Shown here piece by piece: positions 36,466-44,221 of a stretch of DNA of 64,000 bases. A program made the translations under genes and the position numbers. Under the pieces are notes generated by a model. That model made no database searches and was not told the origin of the DNA. It was given only the letters and a program-made list of their open reading frames with translations. This DNA is from Escherichia phage vB_EcoM_ESCO32. The stretch lies in the sequence record OM386658.1. The stretch is one strand, 5' to 3'. The first letter of the stretch is position 1, and each line of letters opens with the position of its first letter.

Positions 36466-36750
36466 TTATTTTTTAATGTTTTGCCCTACAAAATTGATCA
36501 CTTCCTTAAGCTGTTTCTCAGTCATGATCGTGCCTGGTAATTCTTCTTTGATTTCTTCCGGTAAATAGATATTACCGCGCCAAGTTAATAAACAACAGTT
36601 TTGATCTTCGCAGATGGAATAAGAGAAGATCCACTCATTATCATTCTCAAGCTCCCAAAAGCACAAAAAATCTTCTTTCCCTAAGTTTTCAACGGTTAAG
36701 CATAATCCGCGACGTGCTGCATAGTTGGAAAGTGCTTTTGTGATCTTCAT
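36466..36750 (-). CDS. hypothetical Cys-rich protein
   Basis: Track ORF. Confidence 0.55.
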   Translation of the reverse strand: MKITKALSNYAARRGLCLTVENLGKEDFLCFWELENDNEWIFSYSICEDQNCCLLTWRGNIYLPEEIKEELPGTIMTEKQLKEVINFVGQNIKK

Positions 36751-36769
36751 AGCTTATCTCTTCTTTTAA

Positions 36770-36832
36770 GGCGGGGAAACCATTTCCCCGCTCTATGAGA
36801 TACAATATACTACCCGTTCGGTGTGCTGTCAA
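36770..36832 (-). promoter_or_regulatory. PeSL-like cassette
   Basis: TTGACA - 17 nt - TATATT then GCGGGGAAA-cca-TTTCCCCGC hairpin. Confidence 0.55.
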
Positions 36833-37156
36833 TCAATAATCTTCAATATTTTCTACATTGACAAAAGCATGTTTATTTTCTAAGTTTTCGCCGTACCATT
36901 GCCCCATGTTGATTTCTGCGGTGCGCAACCAGGACATGCCGCGTTGTATCTTTTTACTTGCAATCTCGATCCGGCTTTTGCATAGTGCTTTCGCTTGCAA
37001 TGTAAAAACACTATTGCCCTGTAATGCTTCCAGGTCATCATGTGCAAGGCGATACTCTTTAAAGCCTGATTCTATCATTTCAATAGCATCAAGTAAACGC
37101 GCGCGATGATAGAAAAAATCAGAGTTATCCAAATAAACACCGATCACAGATTTCAT
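36833..37156 (-). CDS. hypothetical protein
   Basis: Track ORF 36833..37216 trimmed to ATG after AAAAGGG. Confidence 0.5.
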   Translation of the reverse strand: MKSVIGVYLDNSDFFYHRARLLDAIEMIESGFKEYRLAHDDLEALQGNSVFTLQAKALCKSRIEIASKKIQRGMSWLRTAEINMGQWYGENLENKHAFVNVENIEDY

Positions 37157-37256
37157 AATTTTACCCTTTTGTTTGCGGCCTTTGCCGTTTTCAAGATATA
37201 TTTTAAAGCATAACAAAAAATTGTCAAACCTTTAAAGCGTACAACTATAAAACCTA

Positions 37257-37376
37257 TTAAAACACAATATATAACAACATGGCTATAGTAGCAATATAAC
37301 ATAAAACCATGCTTGTTTTCCTTCCTTCCTCATATGCTGGATTTATTACGCTATACTGTACGGGAATAACTTTCAT
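37257..37376 (-). CDS. small protein with hydrophobic C-terminus, 39 aa
   Basis: ORF below threshold; AAGGAAAC SD; approx. Confidence 0.3.
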   Translation of the reverse strand: MKVIPVQYSVINPAYEEGRKTSMVLCYIATIAMLLYIVF

Positions 37377-37385
37377 GTTGTTTCC

Positions 37386-37481
37386 TTAATGTCTTAAAAC
37401 GTGGTTTACAATAGAAACAAGTATACAGAAGAAAAAAGATCCTGACAATAAGATCCCGAAAAATAAATGTAAATAGGGCAT
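37386..37481 (-). CDS. small hydrophobic peptide, 31 aa
   Basis: MPYLHLFFGILLSGSFFFCILVSIVNHVLRH; strong TAAGGAG SD. Confidence 0.35.
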   Translation of the reverse strand: MPYLHLFFGILLSGSFFFCILVSIVNHVLRH

Positions 37482-37485
37482 GGTT

Positions 37486-37788
37486 TTACTCCTTAAAAAA
37501 ATCATTGACAATTAAACTGATAACGCCCAGCACCAGATCACCAGGTAGCGCCGCGCTTTCGTTGTTGCTTATTTGCACTTCCTCACTAGTACCAGCATGA
37601 TAAATCGCATGGTAAGCAATAGTATAATAACCTTTCGTTATTTCTTTAAGATTAATGATTAGCACGTTATTTGTTTCATCTTGAAACAATTTAGCGGTGA
37701 TAGTATTGTTTTCTTTTACACTATCGACTTTTATTGATGGATCAGTTACACCAGAAAAAAGAAAAAACGTTTTAGCTATGCCGTTCAT
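37486..37788 (-). CDS. hypothetical protein
   Basis: Track ORF; AAAGGAG SD. Confidence 0.6.
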   Translation of the reverse strand: MNGIAKTFFLFSGVTDPSIKVDSVKENNTITAKLFQDETNNVLIINLKEITKGYYTIAYHAIYHAGTSEEVQISNNESAALPGDLVLGVISLIVNDFFKE

Positions 37789-37835
37789 GTAGTTCTCCTT
37801 TGTTGTGTGTATCTTATAACGTGCTTTCTATGTTG

Positions 37836-38237
37836 TCAATCTTTTATCTCGGTGCATTTTGCTAGGGTATACGTTGCAAGTGCTGACACTAGTTTTTCAT
37901 TGCTACGATCTGCGGCTGTACTGTGTACTTTTTGAATACTTTTTAGCCACGGCGTAAAGTTTTGAGTAGTAAGCACACTAGTAATAATTTCACATGGCAC
38001 GTTTTCATTTAAACCGTTAGCTATAGATTTATCTATTTTTGCCGTTAGTTGTGTAACAGCACCATAAGCGATCATGTGTGAATCCTCCATGATTTCATCG
38101 GGGATCGCATTATTAATGATCATCACGTTTTCCATTGCATCAACGGCGCTTAATTCTGCTACTGTGGAGGATATTGCCGCGTGAGATGTTCCAACCATGC
38201 CAAAAGAGATTAAACCAGCGATCAATAATTTTTTCAT
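37836..38237 (-). CDS. predicted secreted/periplasmic protein (signal peptide)
   Basis: Track ORF trimmed to MKKLLIAGLISFGMVGTSHA-AISS: n/h/c regions with AxA-type cleavage site. Confidence 0.55.
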   Translation of the reverse strand: MKKLLIAGLISFGMVGTSHAAISSTVAELSAVDAMENVMIINNAIPDEIMEDSHMIAYGAVTQLTAKIDKSIANGLNENVPCEIITSVLTTQNFTPWLKSIQKVHSTAADRSNEKLVSALATYTLAKCTEIKD

Positions 38238-38245
38238 TTCTTGCC

Positions 38246-38428
38246 TCATATATGTTTTATTGAGATTATATTGTCACTATATACAACGTTTTTCAACGTG
38301 TCAATAAAAATCTTATTGCCTTCAATCCCCAGGATCACGCCGCTAGTTATGAAGCCATATTGATCACGGTATCGGGCGCATAACCTTTGCCCCTGGGCTA
38401 GTGCCTTGCTTATTTCTTCTAATCTCAT
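38246..38428 (-). CDS. hypothetical protein
   Basis: Track ORF; AGGAG SD. Confidence 0.55.
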   Translation of the reverse strand: MRLEEISKALAQGQRLCARYRDQYGFITSGVILGIEGNKIFIDTLKNVVYSDNIISIKHI

Positions 38429-38517
38429 TTTAAAGCTCCTGTAAAGCCGTCTAACGTTGATTTATAGGCTTGCCCTGGCGTTACCATTGCCTATGGGTAA
38501 CAAGCCTCTATATAAGC

Positions 38518-38546
38518 TAAAAGGGCGCTTATTGCGCCCTTTTTTG
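38518..38546 (-). terminator. rho-independent terminator
   Basis: GGGCGC-TTATT-GCGCCC hairpin plus T-run. Confidence 0.6.
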
Positions 38547-38684
38547 TTATTCGTTCCAGTATCTTTTTGTGCTGCGATCTCTTTTTGTTTTGTTCCGCTT
38601 ATCGCCTTTCTTGGTGATCTCTTCGTTCCAATTTTTACGCGCCTTGCTGCGGTTGAATTTTTCGATCTGCTGTGATGCGTTCAT
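38547..38684 (-). CDS. small basic protein, 45 aa
   Basis: ORF below threshold; AGAGGAAAAAAC SD and own terminator. Confidence 0.4.
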   Translation of the reverse strand: MNASQQIEKFNRSKARKNWNEEITKKGDKRNKTKRDRSTKRYWNE

Positions 38685-38699
38685 GTTTTTTCCTCTTAA

Positions 38700-39059
38700 T
38701 TACGCCACGTTATGCTGTTTTGCCAGGATTACGATCATGCTTGCAATATATAACCAATAATTTTCCCGCTCACGGGTAACGGTTGTTTCTTTGCTTGTTT
38801 CTTTTATGTACTTCCATTCAATTAACAAGTGATCGATCTCGTTATAATCAAAAGCAATATTGACTTCTGACGGTAAACCTTGTAACCATGAGGCTATTGC
38901 CTTGATCACGTTATAATTGTAACGTTTTTGATTATCGGGATACCAGTATTCAGAGTTAAAACGGCGCATCAGTTCGGTGATCTTTTCTTTTTCGGTTGTA
39001 GTACCATCAAAAGAAATAGCCGACACAATGTAAGTTTTAATTGCTTTTACTGATTTCAT
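38700..39059 (-). CDS. hypothetical protein
   Basis: Track ORF; behind PeSL-like cassette. Confidence 0.6.
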   Translation of the reverse strand: MKSVKAIKTYIVSAISFDGTTTEKEKITELMRRFNSEYWYPDNQKRYNYNVIKAIASWLQGLPSEVNIAFDYNEIDHLLIEWKYIKETSKETTVTRERENYWLYIASMIVILAKQHNVA

Positions 39060-39079
39060 AATCTTATCTCTTTATTGAT

Positions 39080-39139
39080 GGCGGGAAACCATTTCCCGCC
39101 GTTGTTGTTACTTTACTTATAAATGATGCTACTGTCAAA
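39080..39139 (-). promoter_or_regulatory. PeSL-like cassette
   Basis: TTGACA - 17 nt - TAAAGT then GGCGGGAAA-cca-TTTCCCGCC hairpin then conserved leader ATCAATAAAGAGATAA. Confidence 0.55.
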
Positions 39140-39145
39140 CGGATA

Positions 39146-39316
39146 TTATTTGTTTTTTAACGTTAATGTTCCCAGCTTATCAGCGTGACGCAGACCAGGA
39201 AAGATCCATTTTCCTGATTCATCTTTTACCGGGGCTTTAAGCGTAGCGCCCAGATTGGCGGCATTAACTTTACGTGCAACGTTGCGAGCGGCTTCACGGG
39301 TGGCGAAAGTGATCAT
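39146..39316 (-). CDS. small protein, 56 aa
   Basis: ORF below threshold; AGAGGAAAACACC SD; behind PeSL-like cassette. Confidence 0.4.
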   Translation of the reverse strand: MITFATREAARNVARKVNAANLGATLKAPVKDESGKWIFPGLRHADKLGTLTLKNK

Positions 39317-39340
39317 GGTGTTTTCCTCTTCTCTTTGTTA

Positions 39341-39401
39341 GGCGGTGGGCTATTCCACCGCCTTGATGAATATAGTTTACTTTATTTTGTTAAGATTGCA
39401 A
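39341..39401 (-). promoter_or_regulatory. PeSL-like cassette (variant)
   Basis: TTGCAA - 16 nt - TAAACT then GGCGGTGG-gctatt-CCACCGCC hairpin. Confidence 0.45.
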
Positions 39402-39407
39402 GCGGTT

Positions 39408-39623
39408 TTATGAAATAATTGTCAAAGTAAAATCATAATCTTTTGACAGTTTATATTGTACCTTGTTCCCGTAATAGTCACCTTTACGTAAAGATCCGCG
39501 AATACCTATTACATCCTTTACATCTTTAAGATTTTTCACGCCTGTAATGTCTTTATTGAAATGATCGTGATCAGAAAATAAAACCTGCTTTGCATTTTTT
39601 AACAATGTGCGGATATTAGCCAT
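39408..39623 (-). CDS. hypothetical protein
   Basis: Track ORF. Confidence 0.55.
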   Translation of the reverse strand: MANIRTLLKNAKQVLFSDHDHFNKDITGVKNLKDVKDVIGIRGSLRKGDYYGNKVQYKLSKDYDFTLTIIS

Positions 39624-39645
39624 TTGATAATCTCTCTCACTATGA

Positions 39646-39701
39646 GCGGCACTATTGCCGCCCTATGAATTACATTTTACTAATTTTAGTTATCTTGTCA
39701 A
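39646..39701 (-). promoter_or_regulatory. PeSL-like cassette
   Basis: TTGACA - 16 nt - TAAAAT then GCGGCA-ctat-TGCCGC hairpin. Confidence 0.5.
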
Positions 39702-39709
39702 TATTATTT

Positions 39710-39937
39710 TTAGTTTAATGCATCCAGGCACAACAAGCGATCAACATTTAGATCGGTTAGGCTAATCGTTGGCACCTGGTAGGATTCGATATATTCGACG
39801 CTCGACCACTGACCAAAATTAGCGACCGCCCAGCTATTCAAGGAAGAGTGAAGATCATCCCCTTTCTTCTCTGTGATGACTGCTACTACCTGGGAGCTTC
39901 CAACCGTACCGGATACGCGAACAATAACGATAGCCAT
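39710..39937 (-). CDS. hypothetical protein
   Basis: Track ORF. Confidence 0.55.
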   Translation of the reverse strand: MAIVIVRVSGTVGSSQVVAVITEKKGDDLHSSLNSWAVANFGQWSSVEYIESYQVPTISLTDLNVDRLLCLDALN

Positions 39938-39959
39938 AATTATAACCTTTCTTTGATTT

Positions 39960-40019
39960 GGCGGGAAACCATTTCCCGCCCTATGTGATAAACTATACCA
40001 GAATATAAAACGTTGTCAA
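39960..40019 (-). promoter_or_regulatory. PeSL-like cassette
   Basis: TTGACA - 16 nt - TATAGT then GGCGGGAAA-cca-TTTCCCGCC hairpin. Confidence 0.55.
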
Positions 40020-40028
40020 CTGTTTTTA

Positions 40029-40268
40029 TTACATTCCAACCATAGCGGCACGGATTGCAGTTTTACTATACTTGAATCCGTCCGGTGTTTTATCTTGTCC
40101 AGTTTGCTCCAGGAATAACATCATATCACGCGCGGCATCATTCTTATTTGTATTAGCTGCGATAAATTCACGCGCAAGATTATAAAAACCTTCATCGTTG
40201 TTGATCCAAAGGCTTACATTCCAATGAGTTTTGTTTTTGTGACCGTTGTACATTTTAGATTTAGCCAT
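40029..40268 (-). CDS. hypothetical protein
   Basis: Track ORF 40029..40325 trimmed to ATG downstream of hairpin. Confidence 0.5.
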   Translation of the reverse strand: MAKSKMYNGHKNKTHWNVSLWINNDEGFYNLAREFIAANTNKNDAARDMMLFLEQTGQDKTPDGFKYSKTAIRAAMVGM

Positions 40269-40292
40269 GATGTTAATCTCTTTTTCAGTGAG

Positions 40293-40351
40293 GCGGGAAC
40301 TATTCCCGCTCTCTATGCAAAACATTATACGCCTTTAAACCTAGTTTGCAA
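40293..40351 (-). promoter_or_regulatory. PeSL-like cassette
   Basis: TTGCAA - 16 nt - TATAAT then GCGGGAA-ctat-TCCCGC hairpin. Confidence 0.5.
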
Positions 40352-40370
40352 GTGCTTTTTAAAAATATGC

Positions 40371-40601
40371 TTAGATTGCAATCGCGTCTAGGCTATAATA
40401 ATAATAAGTGCCGTATTGGTGTACTTTATTACCTTTTATTTCAGTGCTGAATGAATCCGAACGATTAGCATATGATGTTAATTTATAATACTTTGCTTTA
40501 CTAATACGTTGCCATACACCGCAGATCCGCTGTAAGTAAGTAGTTTTATTAGTAGTAGTATCTTTTACGGTTTTAACTTCGGTCATATACATATTAGCCA
40601 T
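40371..40601 (-). CDS. hypothetical protein
   Basis: Track ORF 40371..40634 trimmed to ATG downstream of hairpin. Confidence 0.5.
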   Translation of the reverse strand: MANMYMTEVKTVKDTTTNKTTYLQRICGVWQRISKAKYYKLTSYANRSDSFSTEIKGNKVHQYGTYYYYSLDAIAI

Positions 40602-40621
40602 TTTATTATACCTAGTTATAG

Positions 40622-40683
40622 GCGGGGGAACCATTCCCCCGTCCTGATATGAAACATTTTACGCTTTTTATTCGTGCTGTCAA
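40622..40683 (-). promoter_or_regulatory. PeSL-like cassette
   Basis: TTGACA - 16 nt - TAAAAT then GCGGGGGAA-cca-TTCCCCCG hairpin. Confidence 0.5.
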
Positions 40684-40689
40684 TGCTTT

Positions 40690-41055
40690 TTATAAATCTT
40701 TTTTACGTTTAACATCGCTTGCATGACTGTATACAGCGATCCCATTGTCACGGCAAAAACGGGAAAGGTAAGCATAATTTGAAAAGTCTTTGCCTTCCAG
40801 GTTGATGACCTTGCTAAACTCTTCCAGGGCAACGGTATCAAAATGATCCCCGTAACCATAGTGAAACGGAACGTTAACGACTTCAATCAGTTTACCGCCG
40901 ATCTCAACGTCAACCATCAAAGAGAAATAAGTATTACCATAAGACTTTTGAAACCAGCGACGGGCGCTAATATGTACCGCTTCAATGCTGGATAGTTCAA
41001 TTTTAGCAGTGTTAGCCAGGGTAGCATAAGCAGAAACATTGATATTTTTAGCCAT
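40690..41055 (-). CDS. hypothetical protein
   Basis: Track ORF. Confidence 0.55.
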   Translation of the reverse strand: MAKNINVSAYATLANTAKIELSSIEAVHISARRWFQKSYGNTYFSLMVDVEIGGKLIEVVNVPFHYGYGDHFDTVALEEFSKVINLEGKDFSNYAYLSRFCRDNGIAVYSHASDVKRKKDL

Positions 41056-41150
41056 AGTCTTTAATCTCTTTTGATTAGTTAGGAGTATTCCCGATAAAAG
41101 TTATTATGCTTGTACTATCGTTCGTTGTCAATAGCACAAGACTAAAACTT

Positions 41151-41330
41151 TTAACGATAATCATCATATGCTTTATTGACCTGGCGAATATAGCATTCAA
41201 AAGCTAGATCAATAGATTTATATTCACGGATATAATTACCATAGGAAACCACATACATTTCTATAGCTTCCTCATATGCCAGGAGGATAGAATCTAAACC
41301 TACGATCTCAGTCTTCGCAATAATAGCCAT
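41151..41330 (-). CDS. hypothetical protein, 59 aa
   Basis: ORF just below track threshold; TAAGGAATAAAAGC SD; own TTGACA-16-TATAAT promoter. Confidence 0.45.
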   Translation of the reverse strand: MAIIAKTEIVGLDSILLAYEEAIEMYVVSYGNYIREYKSIDLAFECYIRQVNKAYDDYR

Positions 41331-41389
41331 GCTTTTATTCCTTAGTAATGTTTCAATCTATATAAGCATTATAGCTTACTGATTTTAGG

Positions 41390-41472
41390 TGTCAACTGAT
41401 TTTTTATTTCACCTTTGAGAAGTTGCCCCGCTCTATGTGGTACATATTACGGGGCTTGTTTGCATATGTCAA
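41390..41472 (-). promoter_or_regulatory. tandem sigma70-like promoters with variant leader hairpin
   Basis: Two TTGACA boxes about 77 nt apart with TATAAT / TAATAT -10 elements and GCCCCG...CGGGGC hairpin between them; approx. Confidence 0.4.
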
Positions 41473-41475
41473 CCC

Positions 41476-42030
41476 TTACACAATGCAATTTTCATAATTT
41501 TTTAAGGCTTGTATTTTTTCCTCTTCTGTCGGCGTGTATGGCTGGATCTCTTCCTCTTCCATGTTAGGCATGATTTCTTCCTCTTCCTCCTGGTCGTCCT
41601 GGTCTTCCTCTTGCGCTATGGTAACAAGTTTATTGATCTTCTCCTGGGCTTTAATCAATTTTGCATCTAGCACCATTTTAGCGGTGTTGTATACAGTCCA
41701 TGCCATGCGCTTTTCTTCGTATGCCTTATCTAGTGCGGCTAATTTAGCGGGATACTCTTCTAACACCTTAAAAGCCGGATCAATGCTATATAAGGGATTA
41801 TTTTTAGCGTCATCGCTTGGATCTGCGGCGCTTGCAATGTCAGCGTTACCGTTTGCCAGCCAACCAGGGCGAACGGATCGCGTCTTTGTGTGACCGTTGC
41901 TCTTTGCCGCTCGATTCCCTATCTGCTCCCCGCTGTACCCTACCATGTGATCGATCATGTCATCTGGTATTATGCGCGGATCATTAGCGTCATGCTTTAC
42001 CCATGACTGGATCACATATTCACGCCCCAT
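41476..42030 (-). CDS. hypothetical protein with acidic coiled-coil C-terminus
   Basis: Track ORF. Confidence 0.6.
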   Translation of the reverse strand: MGREYVIQSWVKHDANDPRIIPDDMIDHMVGYSGEQIGNRAAKSNGHTKTRSVRPGWLANGNADIASAADPSDDAKNNPLYSIDPAFKVLEEYPAKLAALDKAYEEKRMAWTVYNTAKMVLDAKLIKAQEKINKLVTIAQEEDQDDQEEEEEIMPNMEEEEIQPYTPTEEEKIQALKNYENCIV

Positions 42031-42292
42031 GTTCGTTCGCCTCTTCTGTTAGTAGTTTACACACCTTAAACATGCTTGCCGCGTCTTTTGACGGTAGCCA
42101 GCCTATGCGATACACTCCAGGATCTGGATTCGTTATATCCGTTAGTTGGGCATTACGATGATTAAAAATAGTGTAACCGCCGCCAGCACGGGGATAAACA
42201 TTATCTTTAAACCTGATAGCGTATCTCGCCAGGTTGAACGTCGTAGCATGTTCAAAAGCGATCACATTATCAAAAACTTTTAGAAAAAACAA
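42020..42292 (-). CDS. hypothetical protein
   Basis: Track ORF, TTG start 7 nt after GGAGGA. Confidence 0.5.
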   Translation of the reverse strand: MFFLKVFDNVIAFEHATTFNLARYAIRFKDNVYPRAGGGYTIFNHRNAQLTDITNPDPGVYRIGWLPSKDAASMFKVCKLLTEEANEHGA

Positions 42293-42294
42293 GA

Positions 42295-42441
42295 TTATCC
42301 TCCCCAGCGTTTAAAGCCCGTTGCACGGTTATTTTTTAACTCTCGTTTTAGTCTCTTGCAACGGTTTACAAGTGCAAACCGTGCCGGAGTGGTAACAGTA
42401 GCGCCGTTTTTGGTGTGAATACTCATTACATATTGTTTCAT
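42295..42441 (-). CDS. small basic protein, 48 aa
   Basis: ORF below threshold; AGGATAAAA SD; behind PeSL-like cassette. Confidence 0.35.
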   Translation of the reverse strand: MKQYVMSIHTKNGATVTTPARFALVNRCKRLKRELKNNRATGFKRWGG

Positions 42442-42460
42442 AAAGTTTTATCCTATGTAA

Positions 42461-42513
42461 GCGGGAACTATTCCCGCTTTAAGATAGCTTATCAGGTTTT
42501 AGTGCAATGTCAA
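42461..42513 (-). promoter_or_regulatory. PeSL-like cassette
   Basis: TTGACA - 16 nt - TAAGCT then GCGGGAA-ctat-TCCCGC hairpin. Confidence 0.5.
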
Positions 42514-42519
42514 CCGTTT

Positions 42520-42882
42520 TTATTCGTAAATTTTACCGCTTTCCACCCATACCATAACACGGCGCATGTTATCCCATGCATCTTGTCGCAGATTTAAGGC
42601 ATGCAATTCTTCCGTGGTGCTCATACCTGGAACGGGCTTATTATACGTTACAAAGAGATCGCCAGCATATTCATAAGCCAGGGTAAGATCACATTGAATC
42701 ATCTTTTTAATCATAGCATCAAGCATCATATTAGCGGCATGTTGATCACGTTTTAACGGTAATGTCGCGATCTGTGTGCGATAGCTTTCGATCCGTGCAT
42801 CCACTGCATCACGCGAAAGATTTTTCACGTCATCGCGGAAAGATACCAGGTTTAACATGATAGTATTGATTTGCTTGCTCAT
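42520..42882 (-). CDS. hypothetical protein
   Basis: Track ORF. Confidence 0.6.
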   Translation of the reverse strand: MSKQINTIMLNLVSFRDDVKNLSRDAVDARIESYRTQIATLPLKRDQHAANMMLDAMIKKMIQCDLTLAYEYAGDLFVTYNKPVPGMSTTEELHALNLRQDAWDNMRRVMVWVESGKIYE

Positions 42883-42904
42883 TGTGTTACCCTTTCTTTG
42901 ATTT

Positions 42905-42964
42905 GGCGGGAAACCATTTCCCGCCCTATGTGGTATATATTACTAAATTATTTTTCAGTGTCAA
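42905..42964 (-). promoter_or_regulatory. PeSL-like cassette
   Basis: TTGACA - 16 nt - TAATAT then GGCGGGAAA-cca-TTTCCCGCC hairpin. Confidence 0.55.
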
Positions 42965-42967
42965 GCC

Positions 42968-43240
42968 TTAAAGCAAAAATGCTACATCTTGCGCTTTTAG
43001 TGTAGTGTCGATCATTTTCGGGCTTTTATAATCAACAAAGCGCGCGGTTTTTTCAATAGCGAAACCTAAATAATCTTGCTTATTGAAATTACATTCTTTT
43101 TTAAATGTTTCCCGTGCCACGGTGATCGCTGCATCCAGGGATAAACGCCCATCAATATTAATATTAGCGAAAGATCCGCCACCGCGCATAGGTTTACCAG
43201 TGATACCCATTACGATCATTGATGCGCTATATGATGCCAT
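42968..43240 (-). CDS. hypothetical protein
   Basis: Track ORF. Confidence 0.55.
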   Translation of the reverse strand: MASYSASMIVMGITGKPMRGGGSFANINIDGRLSLDAAITVARETFKKECNFNKQDYLGFAIEKTARFVDYKSPKMIDTTLKAQDVAFLL

Positions 43241-43254
43241 GATTATTTCTCTCT

Positions 43255-43310
43255 TCTGTTATGAGCGGCACTATTGCCGCCCTATGTGATACATCTTATC
43301 AGATTAAAAA
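43255..43310 (-). promoter_or_regulatory. PeSL-like cassette
   Basis: TTGATA - 16 nt - TAAGAT then GCGGCA-ctat-TGCCGC hairpin. Confidence 0.5.
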
Positions 43311-43328
43311 ACGTTATCAAGAATATTT

Positions 43329-43424
43329 TTAAAAAATAATAACCGCTACTACAACCCAAAATGGAACGGCGAGAATGATAGCGTTAATCGTTCCAACCGC
43401 CAAGCTGTTTTCTTTCTTGATCAT
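43329..43424 (-). CDS. small hydrophobic peptide, 31 aa
   Basis: MIKKENSLAVGTINAIILAVPFWVVVAVIIF; weak SD; approx. Confidence 0.3.
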   Translation of the reverse strand: MIKKENSLAVGTINAIILAVPFWVVVAVIIF

Positions 43425-43692
43425 CGTTATCAACCTTTTATAAGTAATGTTATTGTGACGGTGGATTGTGGAGATCCTCACCTTTGCCCGTCCTGCATTG
43501 CGCCCTCCTTTTGTTTATTGTCGTTGTGCCTCGCCCCCCTCGACAAGATGAATAATACGCTACCAGGTGAGGAACGTCAACCCCTTTTTTAATCTTTTTT
43601 TCATTTCTTTTTTGCTTGCTATCTATAAAGGAAAGGGGCTATTATCTTTCTACCGCGCCAACCAGGGCGCACATCAAAGAAAGGGCGATACC

Positions 43693-43959
43693 ATGACAAA
43701 TACTACTTTACACCTCATGCACTCATTAGGCTGGCAAGGCGGCACGGTGCACCAGGTAGCAAGCGCAACGGGCTTAAAGGTTGAAACCGTTCTCAACCTG
43801 GGCGATCATAAGGTGGAAGAAATAGATCATTTTGATACGTTCGCAAATGGTTATCTATGGGCTTGCAGTGGCGGCGGGGAAAGCAAGATCCCACCAGGGG
43901 CGCGGGGTGATATGTATTTTTGGTTAGGTGTCCTATCCTGGCAAGAAAACAAAAAATAA
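43693..43959 (+). CDS. hypothetical protein (lone plus-strand gene at edge of minus-strand block)
   Basis: Track ORF 43567..43959 trimmed to ATG 43693; upstream TTGCTA-18-TATTAT and small hairpin. Confidence 0.45.
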   Translation: MTNTTLHLMHSLGWQGGTVHQVASATGLKVETVLNLGDHKVEEIDHFDTFANGYLWACSGGGESKIPPGARGDMYFWLGVLSWQENKK

Positions 43960-43961
43960 TA

Positions 43962-43990
43962 TTGACAAGCCCAGGGATCGGGCTTATACT
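43962..43990 (+). promoter_or_regulatory. near-consensus sigma70 promoter with no ORF downstream
   Basis: TTGACA - 17 nt - TATACT; downstream about 200 nt are GC-rich with inverted repeats and no SD-ATG ORF. Confidence 0.5.
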
Positions 43991-44221
43991 GTCTTACATA
44001 CAGAAGAGGAAGCGCCACCCCCACGGCGTAAAGGCGGGGCTAACATACCAGGGCACTACTGGTTGGAAGGTTGATCGCCGGTAGCTCGTCTAAAATAAAT
44101 TTGTAAAGAAATGTAAAGATAAAAATAATTGCTTGCTTTTGTTGTTGGTTATGCTATTCTTATTGTATGGCGAGGGGACACGGGAGCGCGAGACAAACAC
44201 CGCCCCTGCGCGTTATTCTCT

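Noticed and set aside
38457-38760. Plus-strand ORFs 38457..38675 and 38569..38760
   Set aside because: Antisense to an SD-led minus-strand small gene and its terminator; hydrophobic low-complexity translations typical of antisense frames.
41534-41893. Plus-strand ORF (119 aa) with Ser-rich repeat translation
   Set aside because: Antisense shadow of the acidic Glu-rich minus-strand gene 41476..42030.
33572-43310. Regularly recurring about 21-bp palindromic repeats could suggest a CRISPR array
   Set aside because: Repeats are hairpins coupled to -35/-10 boxes, spaced 300-600 bp apart with RBS-led ORFs between them, and repeat sequences vary. This is not the uniform 28-37 bp repeat / 30-40 bp spacer structure of CRISPR.
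43990-44220. tRNA or small protein downstream of the consensus promoter
   Set aside because: No cloverleaf-compatible sequence; only a 17-codon ATG frame without SD. Treated as candidate ncRNA instead.
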